Shown: positions 53,957-64,000 of the stretch, one piece after another
Numbering within the stretch: the first letter of the stretch is position 1
Layout: the number at the start of each line of letters is the position of its first letter
Source: Eledone cirrhosa
Lineage: Eukaryota
Direction of reading: 5' to 3'
Length of the DNA: 64,000 nt
Assembly: GCA_964016885.1 (NCBI GenBank)
Contig: OZ024742.1
Coordinates: forward strand, 190,402,001-190,466,000
Position numbers and translations under genes: made by a program
The notes under the pieces: model-generated
Databases searched by the model: none
Seen by the model: only the letters and a program-made list of their open reading frames with translations
Told to the model about the DNA's origin: nothing

Positions 53957-54880
53957 ATATCTTTAAGTCGTTTGGAAGCCTCGACAATGCAAATGGGTAA
54001 ATCTCCGGGTAACAAGGTCCGGTGGTGGAGAGAGAGATGTAAGTGGGTGTACGTTGAGATGCGTGGTGTGTATAAGATGTGTGAGATGTGTAGAATGAAG
54101 GGAAGAGTATAAAGGATAAAAATAAAAATAACAACACAAGAGAGAGTTACCTTGGGAGAGATTTAATAGTCCCTATATATTTCGGATTCACATCCATCAA
54201 CTGGGTTTTTTTTCCGGGGTGGGGGAAAAGGTTGTCTGTCGGACAAGTCCGGAACGTGTCTTTTGCTGTTTGTTGTTTTGAATATCTGAGGTATTCGGCA
54301 GAGCGCGCGTGCGCGTGAAATGGGGTCGGTCGTACAGAGGTCAGCGGCCGAATGAGGGAGTGGGATGGCGCTAGCTGTCAGTCCATTCTCTGCCTGTTTT
54401 TTAAATGTTACTGTGTGTGTGTGTGCGTGTGTTGTTGCCTTCTTCATCTGTATTGGCAGTGTAGTATGTTCGTATGGTGGAATGCTACTGTGTGTGCGTG
54501 TGTGTGTGTAGTTGTCTCGTTTGCGTGTGTGTGTGTGTGCGTGTGTTGTGTGTTGTTGCATCGCTTGTTAACTTAAACCAGCCATTTCATTTCGCTTCTC
54601 TCTGATCGGTTGTTTATTTGCGGTTGCAGTCGTTTGATAAAAAGCGCTTCCTTGATACGTAACGTGCCGACGTTTCTTTCAGTCGCTAGAATTGTGACAA
54701 TGGGCCTTCCGTCTTTGTTTCCGCATTTGTCCATGTGTTTCCGGAAAGACGAGGCCCTGGTTTTAGTGTGTTCCTTGATCCGGATGTGTAAAGGTCGAAT
54801 TGTGCTACCTATGTAGTATTGGTTGCACCTGTCACATTCTATCTTATACACGACGTATGTGCGTAGGCAACAGTTAGCAT
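53957..54880 (-). mobile_element. PLE family D, longest copy
   Basis: Shared 3' UTR plus the GIY-YIG coding segment. Confidence 0.9.
54573..54880 (-). pseudogene. PLE GIY-YIG endonuclease domain, 5'-truncated
   Basis: VVYKIECDRCNQYYIGSTIRPLHIRIKEH...HMDKC...LRIKEALFIKRLQPQIN. Confidence 0.9.
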
Positions 54881-55018
54881 AGTAATAATAATAAATTTGA
54901 AGACTAAAATCCAAATATATATATAATAAATATATATATATATATGTATATATACTTACATACATACTTACATATATACATACTTATATATATACACACA
55001 CACATGTATATATATATA

Positions 55019-55679
55019 TATCAATTAGAAATAGATTGACATATATATATATATATAAAATAAACATATGAAACAATCACAGGTAATAATTTGTAAAGAA
55101 TGTAAGCACACATAGCTAGGTAGGTATCTAATTAAAGTTTAACTAGAACTTCAAATATAGATACCTTTTAAAATGATTAATCTCCTTTGTATATATTTCT
55201 TTAAGTAAGAAAAATATTTCACCAATTAATCCGTAAATCACAGTAGTTAAATTCCCGTATGGTCACCAAAGGAGAAGAAGATAACTATCTGCGTTTACAA
55301 AGCAAATGCAAATCTGTGAATGACTCGAACCACGTGTTGCATTTAAAAAAAATACACACATTGCACAACGTCATCCCAGCGTCATCCCATTGCACAACGT
55401 CATTCCAACGTAATCCCAACGTCATCCCGGTGGCGTGAATAGGACCATCGACAGCCAGAAATAGCAGCCGAGTCTATTCAACTGAATATTTCTTACTTAA
55501 AGAAATATATACAAAGGAGATTAATCATTTTAAAAGGTATCTATACTTTAAGTTGTAGTTAAACTTTAATTAGATACCTACCTAGCTATGTGTGCTTACA
55601 TTCTTTACAAATTATTCCCTGTGATTGTTTCATATGTTTATTTTATATATATATATGTCAATCTATTTCTACTTGATAT
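55019..55679. repeat. Inverted repeat, arms ~200 bp, ~265-bp spacer
   Basis: 55019-55218 versus 55484-55679; the spacer holds caacgtcatcc tandem units. Confidence 0.85.
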
Positions 55680-55794
55680 GTAATGTTCGGATCTATTCAC
55701 TGGAATGTTTGAGCTTATTCTACAGTGGATATGGCGCATGCCTCTCAGACATGACAATCCTTAATTTTAATTTTGGATATATATCTATATATAT

Positions 55795-56187
55795 ATGGTG
55801 GCTGCCAACTCGTACGGCCACTACTTTATATCCATGTAGGAGAACCCCTACCGATGCGCTGAACGAGTGTGACTTTTTAGTCCAGCCAGCGACTTGAAAA
55901 CTCTGGTACAAACACTACACTTGTGATAATTATTGACCATAGTGCTGGGCCCATGGTACCATGTGACGACAAGTGCAGAGAGATCTCCAGATAAAAATCA
56001 ATGCCTGTGTCGTGAAGCTTTTATAGTGAGCAAAGGCACTGCACAAAGCCAGTCCCACTTTCTTAACCAAGATGATATTTACCAAAAAGAAGAACAAGTC
56101 AACATCATTGAATACCATTAGGTTTGCAGGTGTTATATCAGAGTTTTCCTTCTCCTAGAATTCTGCCTTGACAAAGGCTAAGGGGTC
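55795..56187 (-). mobile_element. RTE-related non-autonomous element, sister family
   Basis: Shares caatgcctgtg.cgtgaag, aaaagaagaa.a.tcaacatca and ccttctcctagaa motifs with 34192-34812. Confidence 0.55.
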
Positions 56188-56195
56188 ATCTCTCC

Positions 56196-56249
<54 letters not shown>

Positions 56250-56364
56250 GGAGAGATGACCCCTTAGCCTTTTTCATATATATATATATATGTAGGAGGT
56301 GAGTTTTATTGTAGTACAATAAAGCAATATCTTTAGTAAAATATCTATAGTAAAATATTTAACA

Positions 56365-56865
56365 AACACACCATAAAATTTTCTTATTCTACATCCTCCA
56401 ATATTTCCAACATTATCTCTAAACACAACAATAAAATACTAAATACTAAATCTCTTCCTTCCAACGCTGAATTTCATAATAACAGTAATAGTACACCCGA
56501 CGTCATTGTAAACCCTAGGCTAATTTCTGTAAACCCAAATACAACGTCAAACACAACTTCGCTAAATGTTCATAATCCAACTCTAAATCAAGAAACTATT
56601 ATTCCTATCGCAAACAACTTCTCCAATCCAATTCCTTCTATAGATAACACTAGGTCACTCATTAATAATCTCTCTAATTGCAACTGCCCTATTAAAAATA
56701 AATGTCCTCTCAACAACCATTGTCTTCATAAAAACTTAATTTATGAATGTAAAGTTATAACTAGCACCAATTCCTTCACCTATTTTGGCTCCACTTCCAG
56801 CTCGTCTCTATAATCATCATTCATCTTTTAAATACAAACTTAAAAGAACCAACACGGCTCTCTCA
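56365..56865 (+). pseudogene. PLE endonuclease remnant, Hydra-like lineage
   Basis: TIKFSYSTSSNISNIISKHNNKIL ... CNCPIKNKCPLNNHCLHKNLIYECKV..TYFGST / RLYNHHSSFKY..TALS. Confidence 0.75.
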
Positions 56866-57283
56866 CACACACACACATATATATATATATATTGTACATA
56901 TATAGTTACATACACACATGCACACACGTAGATAGACAGATAGACACACACATCCATATATGTCATATATATGTGATAAATATATGTTACAAAGAGTAAC
57001 GTATAAAACCTCTAGCTATAACAATGTGTTAATTAGGAATAATGTTTGTGAGAAACTAGATTATATGGCGTACACCCTACCATCCCTATATTACTTGTGA
57101 ATGAGTAAGCGAAAAGTAAACCGGTTTATCCCATTCTTCTAAAAAACAAATCATACACAAAACACCAGCACCAACAGTTTTGCAAGAGATGTCAATATGA
57201 ATGGACCTATTCTTTTTATCTAAAGACATTTTTTCCAATTCCATCCCGCCCGTCTCCTTAATCTATTTTACTTCTCATTCTTT

Positions 57284-57318
57284 CTTCTGATGAAGGACTA
57301 GAGTCAGAAACGTTAAGA
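57284..57318 (+). ncRNA. Minimal hammerhead with weak stem I, in PLE-like tail 57185-57404
   Basis: ctt-CTGATGA-aggac taga gtca-GAAA-cgt-TA-ag. Confidence 0.6.
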
Positions 57319-57459
57319 CCCTCTTCCTGCTATATCAAGCGTTAACCTAATATATACCTTCCATATACTGTACCGATTGTGTTGTTATTTCTGTTTACCT
57401 TTTACATACATACATATATATATATATATTTATATTTATACACACACACACACACACAC

Positions 57460-57548
<89 letters not shown>

Positions 57549-57551
<3 letters not shown>

Positions 57552-57740
57552 AGAAAATGAGTTTTTTTTACAAAATGAAAAAATAAGAGATTTCCTACAC
57601 CAGTGAAAGTATAAGGAAAAAAAATGAAATTGAAAATGCAACTGCAGTCTTTTAAAAAATATTTATTTGGTTCCCTTACCGGTTTTGCATTTCTTGGGCT
57701 TTTCAAAAGTAGAATTGAGATGGAAGTGTTGTGGTTTTTA
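57549..57740 (-). mobile_element. 3' terminal fragment of the Naiad-like PLE
   Basis: Aligns with 38145-38350; retains the TTGAAAA core and ccggTA. Confidence 0.85.
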
Positions 57741-57748
57741 TGTATATA

Positions 57749-58497
57749 CTAGCAGTATGGCCCGGCGTTGCTCGGGGATCTAAACATAGATTGGCATGTT
57801 TTTCCCTCCTTTCTGAAACAGTTTCGTCGTATGTTCACCAATTGATGCAGGAGTCCTAATAAAAAGCGAAGTAGCCTTGGGTGAATAGGTAAAAAAATTT
57901 CCATTAAGATTTTTCAAAAGCATGTAATTGCGTTCCCTCTCTTTTTTGTTGTTGTCTTTGCTGATATCGAGCCTCGTGAAATAAATACGTTTGTTTATAT
58001 TTTGTTATTGTGTATGCAAAAATATGTGTACACAAATATATAATTATATATATATAAATTAAAATAACAAATAAAAGTTTAAGCGAATAATCGTTGCTTT
58101 CACCCTTAACGGGATCTTCTGAAACAAAAAAAAATCAATCTGTGAACGCAGAAGTAAATATTTCGAAAAACGTTACACACTATATATATACACACACTAT
58201 ATATACACATATTCACACACACACAGATAGCGAAGTGAATGTCGTAATGCAGACAGCCATACAGACAGATATTATAAGGGCGTTATAGCTATGGATCTAT
58301 CTAAAAAGACAGACTAAGAAAGAGAGAGAGATCGCTAATCGGCGCCTAATGCATTGAACATATGAAATATTTTTTGCTCAAAACACTCACACAACCATAA
58401 GTATTACATGTATAAAGTTTGAAAAAATCGGTTGGGTGGTTCTCGAGTTTTAGTGAGTCAGACAGACCGACATACATTCTCGGATTTAGATATATAA
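57749..58497 (-). mobile_element. Non-autonomous Helitron containing a family H fragment
   Basis: 3' hairpin ccgagcaacgccgg + CTAG|T; 5' region homologous to 25100-25380. Confidence 0.7.
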
Positions 58498-58584
<87 letters not shown>

Positions 58585-58667
58585 GTGTGTCCCGGGTTCA
58601 ATCCGGGGGTAACCACACTAAGGAAGTTACACAATACATAGCAGAGTATATATATTTAATATAGAAA

Positions 58668-58771
58668 TGGCTTCTACAGGACTAGAACTGTTTTATTCGA
58701 AGTAAATCATTAGGAAAGCCCTATCCTGATGATTTCCTTCGAATGAAACAGTTCTAGTCCTGTAGAAGCCG
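58668..58771. repeat. ~100-bp palindrome of two back-to-back HHR fragments
   Basis: Right arm CTGATGA-tttccttcgaat-GAAA-cagt-TC; the left arm is its diverged reverse complement. Confidence 0.8.
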
Positions 58772-59330
58772 TATATATATATATATTCATAGGAAGACAG
58801 TCATGACTCACTCTACTACACTAAGTATTGAGAACTCTGGTGCGTTATGGTCCACCTGGTGCGTTATGGAACCTTACCACACAATGTTTGTTATATATAT
58901 ATATATATTATAAGTACAGATTAAAATTTAAGCAAAGAATCCTTGGTTTTACCGTTAACGGGATCTTCTGAAACTGAGAAAAAACAATCTGTGGACACAG
59001 AAGTAAATATTAAAAAAAAAGATTACAGCCGAAGGAAAACAGGAAGATGATACTTTGGTTCGTGAAGACGTTCTCTGGTGATGGACGAAAAATATGCGAG
59101 GACAATTACGTCTACACGGATTTTACTCTTCACATTTATTATAACTCTAACTATATATATATGTATTTTAATTATGTCTCATATAAAATAATACAACTGG
59201 CTATCCGCAAAATACGTATAGTTAGCACCCCAAACGTATAATTGGGATTATACTAAGGTATATCCTAATGTTTGTTGAGTGAGACGGAAGCCGGTCGGAG
59301 TATTGCTTAAAGCTTTCTCTGTTAATGTAT

Positions 59331-59367
<37 letters not shown>

Positions 59368-59551
59368 TAGACCACCCGTGATCCGTTGGGTCACGTTCAC
59401 TTCAAAATGTTTTTTTTAGAAATCATGTTCACTTAAAGATAATTTTTAAATAATTACAATATACACAGGCATGTATATAATGTGAAATGAAACCGTGTGT
59501 GTATGTATATATATATATATATATATATAACTGTGTGTGTGTATATACACA

Positions 59552-59588
<37 letters not shown>

Positions 59589-59700
59589 TGAGTGTATGTA
59601 TATACAGACGATATAGATATATATATGTATGTGTGTGTGTATATATATATGTGGGTGTCTGTGATCTATATACACTGGTGATAGGTACTCACACACACAC

Positions 59701-59732
<32 letters not shown>

Positions 59733-59771
59733 TCACATATATATATACACAACAAAACCAGCTCTCTCGCC

Positions 59772-59818
<47 letters not shown>

Positions 59819-60041
59819 CCTCTCTTTCTCTCTCTCTCTGTTTATGAAGCTACATGGAAAAACCCTACATCTCCTAATCCCGTACTCCGATTCACGCGAA
59901 ACTTGTTGAATTCCATTTGTATTCACATTTCAGGGTAAACTTCCTGTCAAAGTATTTTCCTCTTATGCACCCTTTTGGCTGTATTGCATTAGAGACAAGC
60001 AAGCAAGCAATCACAGAGTTTTAGTAACGGTAGTAGTAGTA

Positions 60042-60091
<50 letters not shown>

Positions 60092-60475
60092 TGCAAAATA
60101 CACTATATATACATTCATATATATATATATATATATATATACATATTAGCAGATCCACTGATCAGCCAGATTTGCATATCAGCAGACTGGTCAGTCAGTT
60201 TCCTGTACACGAGCGATAAATGGCCGGCTTTGCCAAATTCAGATAAAAAAGAAAATTTTTTTTTTCGCTCTACATGGCTGAATACAATAAATGTAATCTG
60301 AGGTTTTCGAATATTAATAATAACATTCGATTCGTTAGTAATTATGCAAACAAGCCTCTGTTTCACTAGCTCTGGCAGTTTGGCAGGTGAACAGTGAGCT
60401 GTACAGATGAATGGTGATACTCAGAAACATTAGTGTCTGCAGCTCTGTCCACAGATATTGTAGAGAAAATATTTA

Positions 60476-60969
60476 TTAAAATAACAGATTAATGTTTAAG
60501 CAAAGAAACGCTGCTTTCACCCTTAACGGGATCTTCTGAAACTATCAAAGTCAATCTCTGAACGCAGAAGTGAATATTTCAAAAAACGTTGCGACCTGAG
60601 GAAGACAGGAAGAAGATACTTTGGTTCGTGGAAACGTTCCCTGGCAAAGAACGAAAAAAAAACGAAGATAAATATTTGCTCTATGGTTCTTATATATTTG
60701 ATATATATTTATCCTTATCTTTATCCTTTGTCTTTGCGTGTAATTGTTTTTCACTGCTCCAAATAATGACGTATTATATTCGTTTTTTCCCGTTCTTTGC
60801 CAGGGAACGTTTCCACGAACCAAAGTATCGTCTCCATGTCTTCCTCCAGTCACAACGTTTTTTGAAATATTCACCACTACGTTCAGAGATTGACTTTGTT
60901 AGTTTCAGAAGATCCCGTTAAGGGTGAAAGCAACGATTCTTTGCTTAAACTTAAATCTGTTATTTTAAT
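60476..60969. mobile_element. Family H inverted repeat (arms ~190 bp); other copies ~58060-58180 and 58913-59100
   Basis: 60476-60666 versus 60779-60969; HHR-like scaffold in each arm. Confidence 0.8.
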
Positions 60970-60974
60970 AAATA

Positions 60975-61024
<50 letters not shown>

Positions 61025-61144
61025 TATAGACATAGAATATTCGAAAATATTCTGTATGTTTATAATAAACATTTTGAAGACCTAATCGCTATAGAATAGA
61101 ATACGTCACGTATTACAATTAGATTCTCGATAAAAGCAAGGGAA

Positions 61145-61187
61145 GTAATCTACGCGTTTCATTCTCGTTAGAAATCATCAGGACTAC
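61145..61187 (-). ncRNA. Minimal type I hammerhead
   Basis: gtagtc-CTGATGA-t ttct aacg agaa t-GAAA-cgcg-TA-gattac. Confidence 0.9.
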
Positions 61188-61369
61188 ATATCCAGTGCTT
61201 TTATCGAGAATGACACAGCTAGAGACTTATAGAATACTTAGCTGTGTACAGGAACTGGTTTGAAAGAGCGGTTGTCAACATGCCAACACAAGAGCAAGAC
61301 TGACTGGTTCATTCTACTGACATGGCTATAAAATTGAGGCTTGTTTGCATAATTGCAAACGAATCGAAT

Positions 61370-61555
61370 GTGGATTGGCAGTATCGGTAGAGGGTCGGAC
61401 GCCATGCTTTCCAGCATAGTTACGTCCCTTTACGATCCGAGTTCAAATGCCGCCGAGGATGACTTTGCCTTTCATCCTTACGGGGTCGATAAAATAAAGT
61501 ACCAGTAATGTACTGGGTAATTGCTGGCCTTGTGCCTAAAGTAGAAACAAGTATT
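61370..61555 (+). mobile_element. Meta-domain SINE inserted in an inverted-repeat arm
   Basis: The flanks join to match the reverse complement of 60246-60358. Confidence 0.9.
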
Positions 61556-62313
61556 AATGTTCGAAAAACTCAGATTACATTTATTGTATTCAGCCATGTA
61601 GAGCGAAAAAAAAAGTTTTCTTTAAATATATATATATATAATTTTTTTCCCTCCTTTCGTGGATCGTAGTTGTCTCCCCTTCCCACTTAATGACGCTATA
61701 ATACTTCCTCAGTCAAAAACTGCTGGAATTTCAAATTTGACGGTCATTCGATGCGGGAAGGAGCAGCTTAACGGACACGATTTTTAACTGTGGTAAGAAA
61801 TGTTTTTCTTATATCAAAGTTTATTGGGCTTCCACTGATGATTTATAAGCGCCCACCTAAATATATTCTTACATGAATGTATATTAGGCTTCTACATAAA
61901 CTGGAAATATTCTCTGAATTTGTAGAAAACTTATAATGAAACAATTGTTTGGAAAGAGAGATATATTTTAACTTTAATTATATCTCATAAAATAATACAA
62001 CTGGCTTTTCCACATAATACATATTGTTAGCACCCCAAACACTTAAATTGGGTTTATATTAAAATATAACCTAATGTTTGTTGAGTGAGATGGTTACCAG
62101 TCAGAGATTAGCTTTAAACTATCTCTGTTATTGTATTAATTATTGTATTAATTATTATATATATATAAGGATTAAAATACTGGAGCGTGTTGGAGTTAAA
62201 CGCCCTCTTCGTATTATAGAAATGACAGTAAAAGGTATAGCTCAATGTAATTAAACAGAGCCGAAGAATTATGAAAATAAAACAAAGAAGCCTTCAATAC
62301 ATCAAAAGTCTTT

Positions 62314-62358
62314 ATTAGCCAACAATGTTTCGTCCTATTAAGGACTCATCAGGGCAAT
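62314..62358 (-). ncRNA. Minimal type I hammerhead
   Basis: attgcc-CTGATGA-gtcct taat aggac-GAAA-cattg-TT-ggc, then AATAAA. Confidence 0.88.
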
Positions 62359-63112
62359 CAAAACCACAAGAAGCACTATCGGCCAATACAAGCCGAAAAC
62401 TCCGAAGAATATGGAGTGTACATACACTAAAGTATTGGAAGATTATGGGTAAAAATATATAATAAAAATCACTAAGGAGGTGGATAACATTTTGAACCAT
62501 ATTACAAATATAGTCCAAAGCAAAAAACTAGAGCTAAACAAAGGTGGTTATATAGAGCGGGAATTATAGTACTATATGTAATACAATATAATATAATATA
62601 ATATACTTGTAACAATATTAAAATTAAAATTAAAATTAAAAGGCACAATATACATATGTATATATATACGCACACGTACGCACATATACATATACATCAA
62701 TACACATTTCCATCATTAACAGCACAAATTAAACCTTATTAAGAGTTTAAATATAAATAAGCATAATAGGAATAAAAATAAAATAATACGTATATCTAAT
62801 ATACAGTATAACATTAAGTAATGAAATGATTAAAACTAACACATATAATATATAATAAACTATATAATTATATAATATATAATATAATATAATAGATAAT
62901 CTCCGGTTAATTTACACAAACAATATAAATGTCACAATAACACTATAATAATAATATAATAATATATAATATATAATGGCATGTAAGTTAACAAATCAAT
63001 TCATATAGAGTTACAGAGCAGGTGAGAAAAAAAAATAAATTGTACACAACCCCAAATTATGATGGTACAAAAATATAAACATCTTACATGATATATAAAA
63101 AATTTAACATAT

Positions 63113-63301
63113 CATAATTGTTTCTACTTTAGGCACAAGGCCAGCAATTACCCAGTGCATTACTGGTACTTTATTTTATCGACCCCGTAAGGATGAAAGG
63201 CAAAGTCAACCTCGGCGGGATTTGAACTCAGAACGTAAAGGGACGTAACTATGCTGGAAAGCATGGCCTCCGACCCTCTACGATACTGCCAATCCACCGC
63301 C
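63113..63301 (-). mobile_element. Meta-domain SINE, full length, near consensus
   Basis: Reverse complement of the consensus. Confidence 0.9.
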
Positions 63302-64000
63302 ATCATATTTAACATATCATAATGGTACATTTAACATATCATAATGGTACATAAAATCATCGGTAAGTAATAAGGATCAATAGTACATTTACAAAGAGTT
63401 GAATAACAACTTCAATATAAAATAATGAACATAATATAATATATAATTACTTATAATTACAAGGTTGGTAAACAGACACATATGTGAATGAGTGAATAAG
63501 GGCCAGACAGAAAATACTATGCACAGTAGTATTAATAAATAAATAAATAAAATCGACCGGAAATCAAAAAGCAAAAACAAAAGTATTTACTTAGGTCTCA
63601 CATGCAGTTAAGTAAAAACTTAAGAAACAACCCGGATAAATGACTGGAAAACCCTATTTGATAAATTAATATTGAAAATATTTAAAATACCTAATAAGGC
63701 AATACAATATTAGCTATGGTTTAAGTAATCAAAATCCCTAAACATTAATATTTCACTATAAATATATATAGAAAGGAATGAAATATTCTACTATCATTTA
63801 CATAACGATATCTAAAAAACTGACTTAAGCAGAATTATGGTAGGCTAATGTGGACAGAAAAAAAGAAATGTATGGAGGATACAAAGGAGCATAAAATCAT
63901 AATCAATATACTGTATTATATAATAGAAAGGAGCATAAAAAAGGGGATTAAATATAATCATAAAATATTTGAAGGGGTTAGCAATAAGTTTATGTGTGCA

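Noticed and set aside
59255-59300. Possible hammerhead (gaag ccgg tc gga), homolog near 62070-62105
   Set aside because: Both core strands deviate in both copies.

Overview
AT-rich eukaryotic, almost entirely repeat-derived DNA. The SINE families suggest a coleoid cephalopod, probably an octopod (inference). I found no convincing host gene, and most ORF-track entries are translations of microsatellites. The window is a mosaic of mobile elements, nearly all joined at (TA)n tracts. It holds one near-complete Penelope-like element (PLE; RT + GIY-YIG, Naiad-like, one nonsense codon, 34858-38350) and remnants of other PLE lineages. It also holds fragments of I-group, RTE, Tx1/L1, CRE and other RLE-type LINEs, several non-autonomous Helitrons, about 17 copies of a tRNA-derived Meta-domain SINE, and a decayed LTR element. 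The most notable signal is a dense set of short non-coding elements, each carrying a minimal type I hammerhead ribozyme (HHR) with a short, usually palindromic stem III. They fall into about ten unrelated sequence families. They occur as 1.3-1.7-mer partial tandems of roughly 315-515 nt units and as fold-back palindromes that often turn at or near the ribozyme. Some have variant cores: a U3:A8 compensatory core (UUGAAAA), plus CAGUUGA and RAGANGA. All calls were made by eye and coordinates are approximate to a few bases.
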